NCBI GenBank assembly: GCA_963767885.1
Contig: CAVYFW010000003.1
Location: forward strand, 218,628 to 282,627
Origin: an uncultured Actinomycetota bacterium
GTDB lineage: Bacteria > Actinomycetota > Thermoleophilia > Gaiellales > F1-60-MAGs149
DNA length: 64,000 bases
Direction: 5' to 3'
Below, piece after piece: positions 36,331 to 46,754 of the stretch; the stretch's first letter is position 1; the number at the start of each line of letters is the position of its first letter. The notes under the pieces are model-generated. The model was given only the letters and a program-made list of their open reading frames with translations, had not been told where the DNA came from and did no database searches. A program made the translations under genes and the position numbers.

Positions 36331-37092
36331 CTACTCGAGCCGGAGGGCGACGAGCGCGGCGGCCAGCAGGGCGTGGGCGATGGCGAGCGCGAACAGGGCG
36401 TGGTCGGCCGGTCGGGCGAGCACCTCGACGGTCGCTGCCTCCGTGCGCCCGTCGGCGTGCTCGATGTCACCGTGAACCCGAACCGAGCCGCGGCGCAGCC
36501 GGCGCGCCCAGTTCGAGAGGTGTCGCTGGGCGTAGCTCGTCGCGGCGGCGAAGGCCGCCCCGAGGGCGATCGGCACGGTGACCGACCCGCCCTGCGCGAA
36601 GCCGGCGACGACGACCGGGAACGCCCCCCATCCGAGAGCGAAGACGTGGTCGGTGTGGAGCATCCCGCCGGCGAGCTCGAGGTTGTAGGCCACGACGAGG
36701 ACGACTCCGACAGCGACGAAGGCGAGGAGCCACCCCCCGACCTCGCTGACGCCTGCAAGTCCGATGGCTGCCGCCGCGCCGAGCGAGACCGTCGCGGCGA
36801 GCACGAGCACGGGCCGCGGCACCGCCGTGCAGAGCGGTCGATCGTGCAGCTCGTCGAGGCAGTGTGCCGCGATGCCGACCGCGAGGAAGAAGGCCGCGAT
36901 GGTCCAGATCAGGCGACTGACGTCGAGCTGGCTGGCGAGCGAGGCGCCGATCGCCACGTAGGAGAGGTGCCAAACCGTGTACGGCGGATGCAGCAGCGTG
37001 ACGTAGTCGCGCCACCCGCCCGGTCGGAGCGCGTAGAACGAGGCGCGCTGCGTGTCATCGGCCAGCGCGCACACCCCAGACGACGACGCCAC
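36331..37092 (-). CDS. Polytopic membrane protein with the Asp-rich motif HCLDELHDRP (prenyltransferase-like, tentative)
   Basis: Intact 253-aa ORF with about 7 predicted TM segments. It overlaps the upstream methyltransferase by 38 nt. Confidence 0.7.
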   Translation of the reverse strand: MASSSGVCALADDTQRASFYALRPGGWRDYVTLLHPPYTVWHLSYVAIGASLASQLDVSRLIWTIAAFFLAVGIAAHCLDELHDRPLCTAVPRPVLVLAATVSLGAAAAIGLAGVSEVGGWLLAFVAVGVVLVVAYNLELAGGMLHTDHVFALGWGAFPVVVAGFAQGGSVTVPIALGAAFAAATSYAQRHLSNWARRLRRGSVRVHGDIEHADGRTEAATVEVLARPADHALFALAIAHALLAAALVALRLE

Positions 37093-37795
37093 CGCCGAGG
37101 CTCAGGCGCCGTACCTGCACGTCGACCGCTCCGGCCTCCTCACACAGCGACCTGAGGCGCGCGGGCGGATAGCTGGCGGCAAAGGCGCTGATGCTCGGTC
37201 GCAGGTAGCGGCCCACCTCGGCCCAGCCGGGTGAGACCAGCCGGCCCAGCAGCGGCAGCCCGACACCGGTGTACGTGCGCCACAGCGCGCGCGCAACTTC
37301 GTTCGGCGGCACGCCGAAGTCGAGCAGCGCCAGCGGCGCGCCCGGCCTCAGCGCACGCAGCAGACGCGTGAGCGTCGCTCCAGGCTCGTCGACGTAGCGA
37401 AGCAGGTATCCGGCCGTGAGACCGTCGAACGAGGCCTCCGGCAGCTCCAGGGACTCGGCCGAACCGAGACGCAGCTCGATGCGGTCATCCAGGCCGGCCC
37501 GAGCGATGCGTGTGCGCGCGCCGGCCAGCATCTCGGGCGACTGGTCCACGCCGACGACGGTGCATCCGTACCGCTGCACCATGGCGCGAGCGATCGCGCC
37601 CGTCCCCGTGGCGACGTCCAGCACCCGCGCGCCGGGCGCAACGGGCACGCGCCGCACGAGGAAGCGGCGCCACCGTGGGTCCTGGCCGAACGACAGGATC
37701 GCCGCCCAACGGTCGTAGTCGTGGCCCAGCGGAGCGAACAGCTCGCGTGCCACCTCGCCGATCGTGCCCTGCCCGCTCACGCCCGCGCTCCACAT
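37055..37795 (-). CDS. Class I SAM-dependent methyltransferase (UbiE/MenG-like)
   Basis: VLDVATGTGAIA motif I, VVGVDQSPEML, FDGLTAGYLLRY; intact. Confidence 0.85.
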   Translation of the reverse strand: MWSAGVSGQGTIGEVARELFAPLGHDYDRWAAILSFGQDPRWRRFLVRRVPVAPGARVLDVATGTGAIARAMVQRYGCTVVGVDQSPEMLAGARTRIARAGLDDRIELRLGSAESLELPEASFDGLTAGYLLRYVDEPGATLTRLLRALRPGAPLALLDFGVPPNEVARALWRTYTGVGLPLLGRLVSPGWAEVGRYLRPSISAFAASYPPARLRSLCEEAGAVDVQVRRLSLGGGVVVWGVRAGR

Positions 37796-37958
37796 TGACC
37801 GCCGTCCGGACGCCCTCTCGGACGGCGTGGACGGATGCTTGCCCGGCTAGCGTAGTGCAGTCGACGGCGCGATCGCGCGCAGCGGCGCGCCCGCCGGATG
37901 TCTGACGCCAGGGCGTTGCGTCGTCCGCGCGTGACGGGCGCGACCGGCGCGGACCGCG

Positions 37959-38405
37959 TCAGCGACCGACGGTCGGCGTCTGACCGTCACCGTCGTCGCC
38001 CTTCTCGCCGCGGCGAGACTCGTCGTCTCCATCGGGCCCGGCGCGATCGGCCAGGAAGCGTACGTCGAAGCCGGCCGGCGCGTGGATGTTGAGCAGCCTC
38101 GCGTACGCGCCGGTGTGGTTGTGGAAGCCGTGCGCGACCCCGGGTCGGGCGAGGACGAACGTGCCCGCGGCGGCAACGAACGCTCCGTCGTCGCCGTCGA
38201 ACGTGACCTCGCCCTCGAGCACGTAGAACGCGTCGTCCTCGTCCGCGTGCTCGTGCGGCGGCACGCCCGTCGACCACGGGTCGATCAGGATCGTGCAGAC
38301 GTTCAGACGCGGCGTGTCGTCGCTCGTGGCGAGGAACTCGACGTCGCCCGAGCGCTTCCCCGCGCCGGGCCGAACGACGAGGAGACGGTCGGTGCTGGCG
38401 GCCAT
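37959..38405 (-). CDS. Cupin-domain protein with an acidic C-terminal tail
   Basis: PPHEHADEDDAFYVLEGEV..PGVAHGF cupin motifs; intact 148 aa. Confidence 0.8.
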   Translation of the reverse strand: MAASTDRLLVVRPGAGKRSGDVEFLATSDDTPRLNVCTILIDPWSTGVPPHEHADEDDAFYVLEGEVTFDGDDGAFVAAAGTFVLARPGVAHGFHNHTGAYARLLNIHAPAGFDVRFLADRAGPDGDDESRRGEKGDDGDGQTPTVGR

Positions 38406-38511
38406 GGCCCGATGGTGACAGGCCAGGAGGCCGGGCGTGCAGCGTCCCCTTCCGCCGCTCGCCCTCCGACCCGGTCGGAGCCGACGGAGGGCAGCGGTCT
38501 ACCGCGCGGGC

Positions 38512-39372
38512 TCACCCATAGGCCCTCAGCCGCAGCAGGGTGCGGTTCTCGATCTGCCGGACGCGCTCGCGGCTGACGCCGAGGGTGCCGGCCACCTCCG
38601 CGAGCGTCATCGGGTCCTCGCCGGTGAGGCCGAAGCGGCACTCGATCAGCCGGCGATCGCGCGGGGGCAGCGTGGCCAGCATGGTGCTCAGCTCCTCCGA
38701 GCCGACCTTGTCCACCACGGCCACGTCGGGCCGGTACTGCTCGTCGTCCCTGACGAAGTCACCCAGCACGTCATCCCCGTCGTCGCCCACCGGCGACTCC
38801 AGCGAGACCGGCTGCTGATCGACCCGGATGAGCTGCTCCACGCGCTGCGGCGTGAGCTCCATCGTCTCCGCGAGCTCATCGACCGTCGGCTCACGCTCGA
38901 GCTCCTGGGCCAGCCGGACACGCGTCTTGATCAGGCGGTTGACCTGATCGACGATGTGCACCGGTAGGCGGATGGTGCGGGCCTGATCGGCGAGCCCGCG
39001 CGAGACAGCCTGGCGAATCCACCAGCTGGCATAGGTCGAGAACTTGTAGCCCTTGCGCCAGTCGTACTTCTCGACCGCCCGCATGAGCCCGACGTTGCCC
39101 TCCTGGATCAGGTCCAGGAACAACATGCCGCGGCCCGTGTAGCGCTTGGCGATCGATACCACCAGGCGCAGGTTGGCCTCGATCAGCCGTTGGCGGGCCG
39201 CCTCATCGCCGGCCTCGATGGCCTTGGCGAGCGACACCTCCTCCGCCGCGGTGAGCAGCCGGACCCTGCGAGTCTCGCGCAGGTAGTCGGTGACCAGGTC
39301 GTGCTCGCGGTGGTGGACGTCGACGTTGACCGTCGCCACCTGCTCCTCCACCTGCTCCTCAACCAGCAGCAT
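38512..39372 (-). CDS. Group-2 (SigB/HrdX-like) sigma-70 family RNA polymerase sigma factor
   Basis: Regions 1.2-4 are present: [78 protein letters not shown]. Confidence 0.9.
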   Translation of the reverse strand: MLLVEEQVEEQVATVNVDVHHREHDLVTDYLRETRRVRLLTAAEEVSLAKAIEAGDEAARQRLIEANLRLVVSIAKRYTGRGMLFLDLIQEGNVGLMRAVEKYDWRKGYKFSTYASWWIRQAVSRGLADQARTIRLPVHIVDQVNRLIKTRVRLAQELEREPTVDELAETMELTPQRVEQLIRVDQQPVSLESPVGDDGDDVLGDFVRDDEQYRPDVAVVDKVGSEELSTMLATLPPRDRRLIECRFGLTGEDPMTLAEVAGTLGVSRERVRQIENRTLLRLRAYG

Positions 39373-39443
39373 CAGGGCTGAACCCGGGTGCCGTGGGATG
39401 CGAGGCAGAGCACGTCGCAGACGGTACTTTTCTTGCAGTTCAT
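39372..39443 (-). other. Candidate 23-codon upstream ORF ([23 protein letters not shown]) whose stop overlaps the sigma-factor ATG
   Basis: The TGATG junction is at 39370-39374. The ORF has three Cys codons and sits in an unusually AT-rich leader (39373-39560). No obvious RBS. Confidence 0.2.
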
Positions 39444-39774
39444 GGGCGCTAGGTCGTCGCTTTTCACTTCGATACTTGGCAAAACTTCAGAATTGTAGTG
39501 AATAGCAACGCGCGGAGCGAGGGCGTGTCCCCCGAATGCACCGATCGCTGCAATGGGCAGCCGCATTACGAACGGACGCGCAAGCGCGGGCACGGCGCCC
39601 GCGGCCGAGCCTGATCAGATCCGCCGCTCGACCCCGCGGACGTCGTCGCGCCGCCGGTCGACCTGCGCGGCGTCGCCCCGGGGCCGCAAGCACCGAAGTC
39701 GCCTCGCGGCGCCTGGGAACCTGCATCATCGACGGGAGCAGCTCGTGTCGTCCATCCCGGGAAGGAAGCAGCGC

Positions 39775-40326
39775 ATGGCCTCGCTGGTCCTGAAGATGTC
39801 CGTCTCGCTCGACGGCTACGTCGCACCAGTCGACGGGAGCACCGACTGGATCGCTACGGGACGCTCCGATGACGCCCTCAGTTGGACCGTCGAGACCGTG
39901 AGCAACGCCGGCGCGCACCTCATGGGTGCCGCAACCTACGCGGGGTGGGCCACCTACTGGCCCGGCGCCTCCGGGCCGTTCGCCAAGCCGATGAACGAGA
40001 TCCCCAAGGTCGTGTTCTCGCACTCGCTCGCGTCCGCCGACTGGGGCGAGACGACGATCGCCGGCGGCGATCTGACCGCAACCATCATGCGGCTCAAGCA
40101 GGATCGCTCCGACGGGTACCTGCTCGCCCACGGCGGGGTACGGTTCGCCCGATCGCTGGTCGAGACCGGCCTGATCGACGAGTACCGCCTTGTCGTCCAC
40201 CCGGTCGTCCTGGGCGCGGGCGAGCGGCTCTTCCGCGCACCGCTCACCATCGAGCCGATCAGCACCACCGCCTTCAGCGGGGGAGGCGTCGCCCACGTCT
40301 TCGCGGCGCCCCCGGGAACTGCCTAG
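39775..40326 (+). CDS. Dihydrofolate-reductase-family protein (RibD C-terminal domain)
   Basis: MSVSLDGYVA..HLMGAATY..IPKVVFS..LLAHGG..LIDEYRLVVHPVVLG. Confidence 0.85.
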   Translation: MASLVLKMSVSLDGYVAPVDGSTDWIATGRSDDALSWTVETVSNAGAHLMGAATYAGWATYWPGASGPFAKPMNEIPKVVFSHSLASADWGETTIAGGDLTATIMRLKQDRSDGYLLAHGGVRFARSLVETGLIDEYRLVVHPVVLGAGERLFRAPLTIEPISTTAFSGGGVAHVFAAPPGTA

Positions 40327-40349
40327 AGGTCGCCCGACCTCGCGGTCGG

Positions 40350-42048
40350 CTACGCCGAGGGCTCGACGCCGTAGATGCGACGCGCGGCCTCGGGCGAGAC
40401 GTGGCGATCTGCGAGATCCTCGTGCACGAGCCCTGGGTCGCGCTCGGCCGGATCGCCGAAGCCGCCGCCGCCGCCCGTCATCGTGCGGATCACGTCGCCG
40501 CGCCGGAGCGGCATCGTGCTGCACTTGAGCAGCCGTCGCTCGTCGTCGCGACCCGGGTTGACGACGACGATGGGCGGGGTCGCGTCCTGGCCGCCGAAGA
40601 GGCCCCAGGCGGGCGTCCGCGAGCGCTCGAACCAGAGCGACATGACCGCGGCCTCGCCGTCGAGCGTGTACTCGCGGACGACGCCGTTGCCGCCGCGCCA
40701 CTGCCCGGGCCCGCCGGAGTCGGGGCGGAAGCCGTAGTGGGTCATCCGCAGCGGGTACTTCGTCTCCAGCACCTCGATCGGCGAGGTCCTTGAGCGAGCC
40801 GTTGACGTTGTTGATCAGCCCGTCCTGCGCCGTCGGAGCCGTTCCACGCGCCCCAGCCGCCGACGGTCGGCTCGAGGTCGAAGCCACGGCTGGCCGTTGC
40901 GGTGGTCGATGCCCGAGCAGCACGATCACCATCGAGTCGCCGTAGCTCGCGCCGGCCGCCTGCTCGGGCAGCACGTCGGACGAGCGCCTTGACGACGAGG
41001 TCGATCAGCAGGCCGAGCTGCGTGAAGTACCACTGGCACGGCGCGGGCGGCTGGGCGGCGAGCATCGAGCCGGGCCGCACGCGCACCGTGCAGCGGGCGG
41101 AACGCGCCGCCGTTCGGCGGGTTGTCGGGGTTGATCAGGAGCTTGTAGGCGACGCGACAGGCGCGAGATCGCCTGCGCCTCGCCGCAGTTGACCGGGCCC
41201 GGCTGCGGCGTCGTCGGTCTCGGAGAGGTCGATCGTCATCTCGTCGCCGCGCGATCTCGACGGAGAGCCGCACCCAGCACGGCTCGGCCGAGTCGACGCC
41301 GTCGTCGTCCAGGCATCCCTTCGGCGTGGTAGACGCCGTCGGGGATCGCCGCGACGGCCGCCCGCTCGAGGCGCTCCGTCTGCGCGAAGATCTCGTCCCG
41401 CGCCGCGGCGATCGTCTCGGTGCCGTACCGGTCGATGATCGCCGCGCAGGCGCTTCTGCCCGGTGCGCGCGCACGCGATCTGCGCGCCGAGGTCGCCGAT
41501 CGCCGGATAGGAGAAGCGGCTGTTGCGGCCGAGCAGGTCGGTCACGTCCCGGCGCTGGATCGCCTCCCTCGACGACCTTGGTCGGACCGAGCCGGATGCC
41601 CTCCTGGAAGATGCTCGTCGAGTCCATCGGCCCGCCCGGGTCCTTCGCGCCGACGTCGAGCCAGTGCGCGCGGCGACGCGGCGAAGCCGACCAGCTCGTC
41701 GTCGTGGAAGATCGGCCCGAAGACCGTCATGTCGTTGAGGTGCGTGCCGGTCAGGTACGAGTCGTTCATGATCCAGACGTCGCCGGGACGCCACGCCTCG
41801 CGGCCGTACATCTCCTCCGTCAGGCGCGTGCAGATCTCGAGGTTGCCGAGGAAGATCGGCAGGCCCGCCGACTGCCCGAGGACGCGGTGGTCGGCGTCGA
41901 GCAGCGCGACCGAGCAGTCCTTCATCTCGTAGATGACCGGCGTGTAGGCCGAGCGGATCAGCGTCGCGTTCATCTCGTCCGCGGCCGCCGTGAACGCGCT
42001 GCGGATGATCTCGGTCGTGATCGGGTCGACCGCGTTCGTGGCAGCCAT
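40350..42048 (-). pseudogene. hyuB: Hydantoinase B / oxoprolinase family subunit, copy 1; frame broken about ten or more times
   Basis: Co-linear with intact copy 3 but spread over ORFs 41542..42048, 41135..42517, 40926..41627, 40742..41086 and 40350..40772. The first 125 aa are near-identical in pattern (MAATNAVDPITTEIIRSAF..GPIFHDDELVGFAAS). Confidence 0.85.
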
Positions 42049-44124
42049 CAGGCGTCCTCTCCGGTCGCTGATGACGAGCGAGCCGAACGGCGTCGACGCG
42101 CAGGCGTGCGCCGGGCGGGACGACCGTCGTCGCGGTCGTGCTCCGTCGATGATCGCCGGGCCCGTCGAGCACCGCGCCCGGCGCGAGGTCGTCGCGGTGC
42201 ACGATCGTCGTCGGCAGCGCCTGCGCGGTCGAAGACGACCTCCCGCGTACCGCTGCCGGTAGCGTCGTGCGCGTCGACTCCGTGCTGCCGCGCCGGGTCG
42301 GCGCGGCCGAGGTCGCCGAGCGCCGTCGTGCGGACGACGACGAGCTCGACCGGCGCGCCGGGGTTGGCGTGGCCGAAGCGCGTGCTCGTGCGCCTCGTGG
42401 AAGCGGTCGGCGAGCTGCGTCGTCGAAGTCCTCCTCGAGCGGCTCGTCGGCGCCGAGCAGCGGGATCGTCAGGGTGTACTCCTGACCGACGTAGCGGATG
42501 TCGAGCGCATGCTCCACGCGGCCGGTGTCGCGGCGCGATGCCCTCCTCCTCGAGCGAGGCGTCGAAGCCTCCGCCTCGAGCTCGCGCGAGCGTCGCGGCG
42601 AGGTCGGCGTGATCGAGCGCCGCGAGCGGAGTGAAGTAGGCGCGCGCCGAGGTCCTTGCGGATCTCGGTCTCCAGCATCCCCCAGGCGGAGAACGCGCCG
42701 GGGAAGCGGCGGGACGATCGACCTCGCGCGATCTCGAGCTCCCGGGCGAGGAAGACGGCGTGCATCGGCCCGGCGCCGCCGAAGGCGACGAGCGCGAAGT
42801 CGCGCGGCTCGATGCCCTTCTCGACGGTCAGCGTGCGGATCGCCTGCGCCATCTTCGCGTTGATGACGTCGCAGATGCCCTCGGCCAGCTCGATCGGTCT
42901 CGAGGCCGAGCTCGTCGCCGAGCGCCGGCGAGCGCCTGCTCGGCCGCGTCGACGTCGAGCGTCATCTGGCCGCCGGCGAAGTACGGCCGGGTCGATGCGG
43001 CCGAGCGACGAGGTTCGCGTCGGTGACGGTCGGCCGTCGTGCCGCCGCGGCCGTAGCAGGCGGGGCCGGGGTCGGCGCCGGCGCTCTCCGGCCCGACGCG
43101 CAGGCCGCCCGCCTCGGCGTAGGCGAGCGAGCCGCCGCCGGCGCCGATCGTGTGGATGTTGACGACCGACATCAGGAGCGGGAAGCCCTCGAGCGTCGTC
43201 TCGGACGACGACGTCGGGCTTGCCGTCGACGACCAGGCTGACGTCGAAGCTCGTGCCGCCCATGTCGATGCAGATCAGGTTCGGCCGGTCGAGCATGCGC
43301 GCCAGCGCGACGCCGCCCATCGTCCCGCCGACCGGCCCGGAGAGCAGGGTCTGCAGCGAGCAGCTCGCGCGCCGACTGCGGCCGTGACGATGCCGCCGCA
43401 CGACTGCATCACGTGCAGCGGCACGGACAGCCCGCGGCGCTGCAGCTCGCTCTCGAGCCGCTCGAGGTAGCGGCGCACGACCGGCGCGGTGTAGGCGTCG
43501 ATGACCGCCGACGAGGTGCGCTCGTACTCGCGCCACTCGCGCGCGACGCGGTGCGAGAGGGAGACGGTGATCGCCGTCGAGCTCCTCGAGCAGGATCTCC
43601 TCGGCGCGCAGCTCGTGCGCCGGGTTGACGTAGGAGAACAGGAAGCGCGACGGCGACGGCGCCGAAGCCCTCCTCCCGCGCGCGCCGCGCCGCGGCGCGG
43701 ACGGCGTCCTCGTCCAGCGGCTCGAGCTCCTCGCCCGCCCAGTTCGAGCCGGCCGCCGATCTCGACGATGTCGCTGCGCGGGCACGAGCGGCGTCGGCTT
43801 GCGGTAGTGGATGTCGTAGAGGCGCAGTGCGGTTGCCGCGGGCGATGTGGTAGACGTCGCCGGCGCCGCGCGTCGCCAGCAGCAGCACCGCTCGCCGCGG
43901 CGCTGGAGGAAGGCGTTCAGGCCCTGCGTCGTGCCGTGCACCGTGAACGCCGATCTCGGCGGGCGTGTCGACGACGGCGCCGAGCGCCGCGAAGACGCCC
44001 TCGGTGAGGTCGCTTCGGCGTCGTCGACGACTTGCCCGCGCGGTACGTCCCGCTGCTCCTCGTCGTAGGCGACGACGTCCGTGAACGTGCCGCCGATGTC
44101 CATCGAGACCCGGTAGCGGCTCAT
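42048..44124 (-). pseudogene. hyuA: Hydantoinase A / oxoprolinase family subunit, copy 1; frame broken about a dozen times
   Basis: MSRYRVSMDIGGTFTDVV at ATG 44124. In-frame islands (FTVHGTTQGLNAFLQRRGER, FLFSYVNPAHELRAEEIL, LQTLLSGPVGGTMG..IDMGGTSFDVSLVVDG, AKMAQAIRTLTVEKGIEPRDFALVAFGGAGPMH) alternate with off-frame stretches of ORF 42469..44283. The stop overlaps the hyuB start (TGATG). Confidence 0.85.
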
Positions 44125-44366
44125 CCGGCCACCGCTCCGGCCCGGCGTGCTGCCGCGCACCTGCGCAGGAACGCACGCGGCCCGACCCGACGCCGCTCGC
44201 TGCGCGTCCGTCGCGGGCTCGTTCCGGCCTGGATCGCTAGCTCGTTCATGACACGCGCCTCTCCACCTGGGACGGCTCGGCATTCCTGCGCGGGTCAGTC
44301 TAGTAGCGGAGATACGAGAACACCAGACGTCCGCGATCGAGCGCGTCGTCTATGCTTGGACGGCGG

Positions 44367-44924
44367 ATGAACGCGGTGCTGGGACACGTCGGACGCCAGC
44401 TGCGCGCTCTGCGCACGGCCCGGCGGATCTCCCTCGCCGACCTGGCGCAGGACGTCGGCTACTCCGAGGGGTACCTCTCGCAGGTCGAGAACGGCGCCAC
44501 CGTGCCCGCCCTCAGCCTCCTCGCCGCCATCGCGGCGTCGCTGGGCACCGACATGACCGCCTTCTTCCCGCCGGAGGACTACCCGCGCGTGCACGTCTCG
44601 CGCGCCGGCGACCCGCACAAGGTGCGCATCGCGCCGAACGCGCGCGAGGAGTACACCCTGCTGACCCCGCGCGACCCGCAGGCGACGTTCACGGCGCTCG
44701 TCCACCAGCTCTACCCCACGGACGAGACCGTCCAGTACCGCCACGTCGGCGAGCGCTTCGCCCTCATCCTCGACGGCGAGGTCAGCCTCCGGATCGGCGG
44801 CGAGCAGTACGACCTCGGCGTCGGCGACACGATCCACTACTCCTCGCACGCCGAGCACGAGCTGCGCGTGACCTCGAACGGACCCGCCGAGATCCTATGG
44901 TTCGTCAGCCCGGCGATCATCTAG
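44367..44924 (+). CDS. XRE-family HTH + C-terminal cupin regulator (1a)
   Basis: RQLRALRTARRISLADLAQDVGYSEGYLSQVENG plus a cupin domain (HVGERFALILDGEVSL..GDTIHY). Start chosen by co-linearity with paralogue 59836... Divergent from hyuA copy 1. Confidence 0.85.
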   Translation: MNAVLGHVGRQLRALRTARRISLADLAQDVGYSEGYLSQVENGATVPALSLLAAIAASLGTDMTAFFPPEDYPRVHVSRAGDPHKVRIAPNAREEYTLLTPRDPQATFTALVHQLYPTDETVQYRHVGERFALILDGEVSLRIGGEQYDLGVGDTIHYSSHAEHELRVTSNGPAEILWFVSPAII

Positions 44925-44950
44925 CCGACCCGAGCTCGCTGCTCCTGCGC

Positions 44951-45469
44951 ATGGGCAGCCGGCTGCGAGCTCGCCGCCGGGAGCTGGGACGCACCCTCGC
45001 CGAGGTCGCCGGCCCGGCCGACGTCTCGGTCTCCTACCTGTCCGCGGTCGAGAAGGGCACCAACCAGCCGTCCCTGCAGGTGCTGGTGCGGATCGTCCAC
45101 GCGCTCGACCTGCGGATCGCCGACGTGCTGCGAGCCGAGGGCCAGAACCACGTGCGGGTCGCGACGGTCACCGACGCCGCGCCCGGTGGCAAGGTCATCT
45201 CGCACGCCGGCCTGCAGCTCGAGATCGTCGCGCTGACCGCGCGCCCCGGCGACGCCGGGGCGTGCCCCGTGACGCTCGACGAGCGCGACCTCGCGGTCGT
45301 CGTCCACCGGGGTGCGATCGTCGTCTCGGTCGACGGCGACGACCACGAGCTCCACACCGCAGACGCGCTGGACGCCCGTCTGCCCGGCGCCGTCGTCTGG
45401 CGCGTGCTCGGCGACGAGCCGGCGACGACGATCTGGGCGTCGGGACGGGCCTTGACCGCCGGGATCTGA
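44951..45469 (+). CDS. Second XRE-family HTH + cupin-like regulator (1b)
   Basis: SRLRARRRELGRTLAEVAGPADVSVSYLSAVEKG plus a beta-rich C-terminal domain; paralogue of 60405... Confidence 0.8.
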   Translation: MGSRLRARRRELGRTLAEVAGPADVSVSYLSAVEKGTNQPSLQVLVRIVHALDLRIADVLRAEGQNHVRVATVTDAAPGGKVISHAGLQLEIVALTARPGDAGACPVTLDERDLAVVVHRGAIVVSVDGDDHELHTADALDARLPGAVVWRVLGDEPATTIWASGRALTAGI

Positions 45470-45473
45470 CCGC

Positions 45474-46754
45474 TCAGGCGCGCGCCGCGACCAGGCCGCA
45501 CCAGTCCCGCACGAGCGTCACGAGCCCCGCCGTGACGTCCGCCACGGAGGGCAGCCAGACCCGCTCGTCGGCGGCGTGCAGGCCCTCGCCGGTGGCGCCG
45601 TAGAGGACGGTCGGCACGCCGGCGACGAGGCCGTAGGTGCGGGCGTCGGCGGCGCCGAGGACCGCGACGCGATCCGGCTCCCGGCCGGTCACCTCGCGGG
45701 CCGCTGCGGCCATCGCGCCGACGACCGCGGCGTCGTGCTCGAGCACGTAGGCGGGCGCGACGAAGCCCGGCCAGGTGACCTCGGGCGGCCGCGAGCCGAT
45801 GGGCGCGAGCGCCTCCTCGACCCGGCGGCGCACGTCGGCGATGTCGTGGCCCGGCAGGAGCGAGATGCGGCAGCGCAGGCGACAGTCGGGCGCAACGATC
45901 GAGGGGAGGACGCCGGCACCGACGACGCCGACGTTGACGAACACCGGGCGCGGCATGTCGAACGGCGGCTGCGCGTCGCGGTTGAGGGTGTCCTCGACCT
46001 CGCGCAGGGCCGCGAGCGCGTCGCCGATGAGCTCGACGGCGGAGCGGCCGCGCTGCTTCTCCGCGGTGTGCGACGCCGTGCCGATGAGGCGCACGTCGAA
46101 CCACAGCAGCCCGACCTGCGCCGTGCACAGATGACCGCCGGTCGGCTCCACGAGCACGCACGCGTCGACGTCCGCCTGGCCCGCCAGCGCGCAGGCAAGG
46201 GCTCCGTTGCCGCCCAGCTCCTCCTCGACGACGCTGTGCAGCGCGAGCCGGGATGCCGGTTGCAGCCCGAGGCGGCGGAGCACGCGCAGCGCGCCCACCA
46301 TCGCGGCGAGGCCGCTCTTCATGTCGCATGCGCCGCGGCCATACAGCCAGCCGGTGCCGTCGCGTCGCGGCTCGAAGGGCGCGCCGCTCCACAGGTCGGC
46401 GGGGTCCGCCGGCACGACGTCCACGTGTCCGCCCAGGAGCAGCGAGCGCCCGGCCGCCCCGCCGACGTCGGCCGGCGGCTGCCACGTCGCGACGACGTTC
46501 CGCTTGGCGCTGACGTCCCAGTCGAGGCGCGCGTGCAGCGGGTGCGCGCCCAGCACGGCCGGGTCGAGGCCGACGTCGGCCACCTCGAGGCCGACCGCGG
46601 CGAACGCGTCGGCCATCAGCACCTGGCCCGGCTCCTCGTCGCCGCACAGCGTCGGGGCCGCGACCAGCGAGCAGAGCAGGTCCTCGACGCCGGCCCGCTC
46701 GGCCTCGACGGCCGCGCGGATCTCCGCGGCGCCGGGCCGGACGCGGTCGCTCAT
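45474..46754 (-). CDS. M20-family metallopeptidase / deacylase (ArgE/DapE-like)
   Basis: LLLGGHVDVVP, GRGACDMKSG, EEELGGNG; intact 426 aa. Its start overlaps the hyuB-2 stop (ATGA). Confidence 0.85.
   Translation of the reverse strand: MSDRVRPGAAEIRAAVEAERAGVEDLLCSLVAAPTLCGDEEPGQVLMADAFAAVGLEVADVGLDPAVLGAHPLHARLDWDVSAKRNVVATWQPPADVGGAAGRSLLLGGHVDVVPADPADLWSGAPFEPRRDGTGWLYGRGACDMKSGLAAMVGALRVLRRLGLQPASRLALHSVVEEELGGNGALACALAGQADVDACVLVEPTGGHLCTAQVGLLWFDVRLIGTASHTAEKQRGRSAVELIGDALAALREVEDTLNRDAQPPFDMPRPVFVNVGVVGAGVLPSIVAPDCRLRCRISLLPGHDIADVRRRVEEALAPIGSRPPEVTWPGFVAPAYVLEHDAAVVGAMAAAAREVTGREPDRVAVLGAADARTYGLVAGVPTVLYGATGEGLHAADERVWLPSVADVTAGLVTLVRDWCGLVAARA

Noticed and set aside
39372-39593. 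73-aa ORF upstream of the sigma factor as an anti-sigma or regulatory protein gene
   Set aside because: Its first roughly 50 codons have far lower third-position GC than any confident gene here. There is no RBS and no recognisable domain. I retained only the terminal 23-codon uORF as a low-confidence idea.
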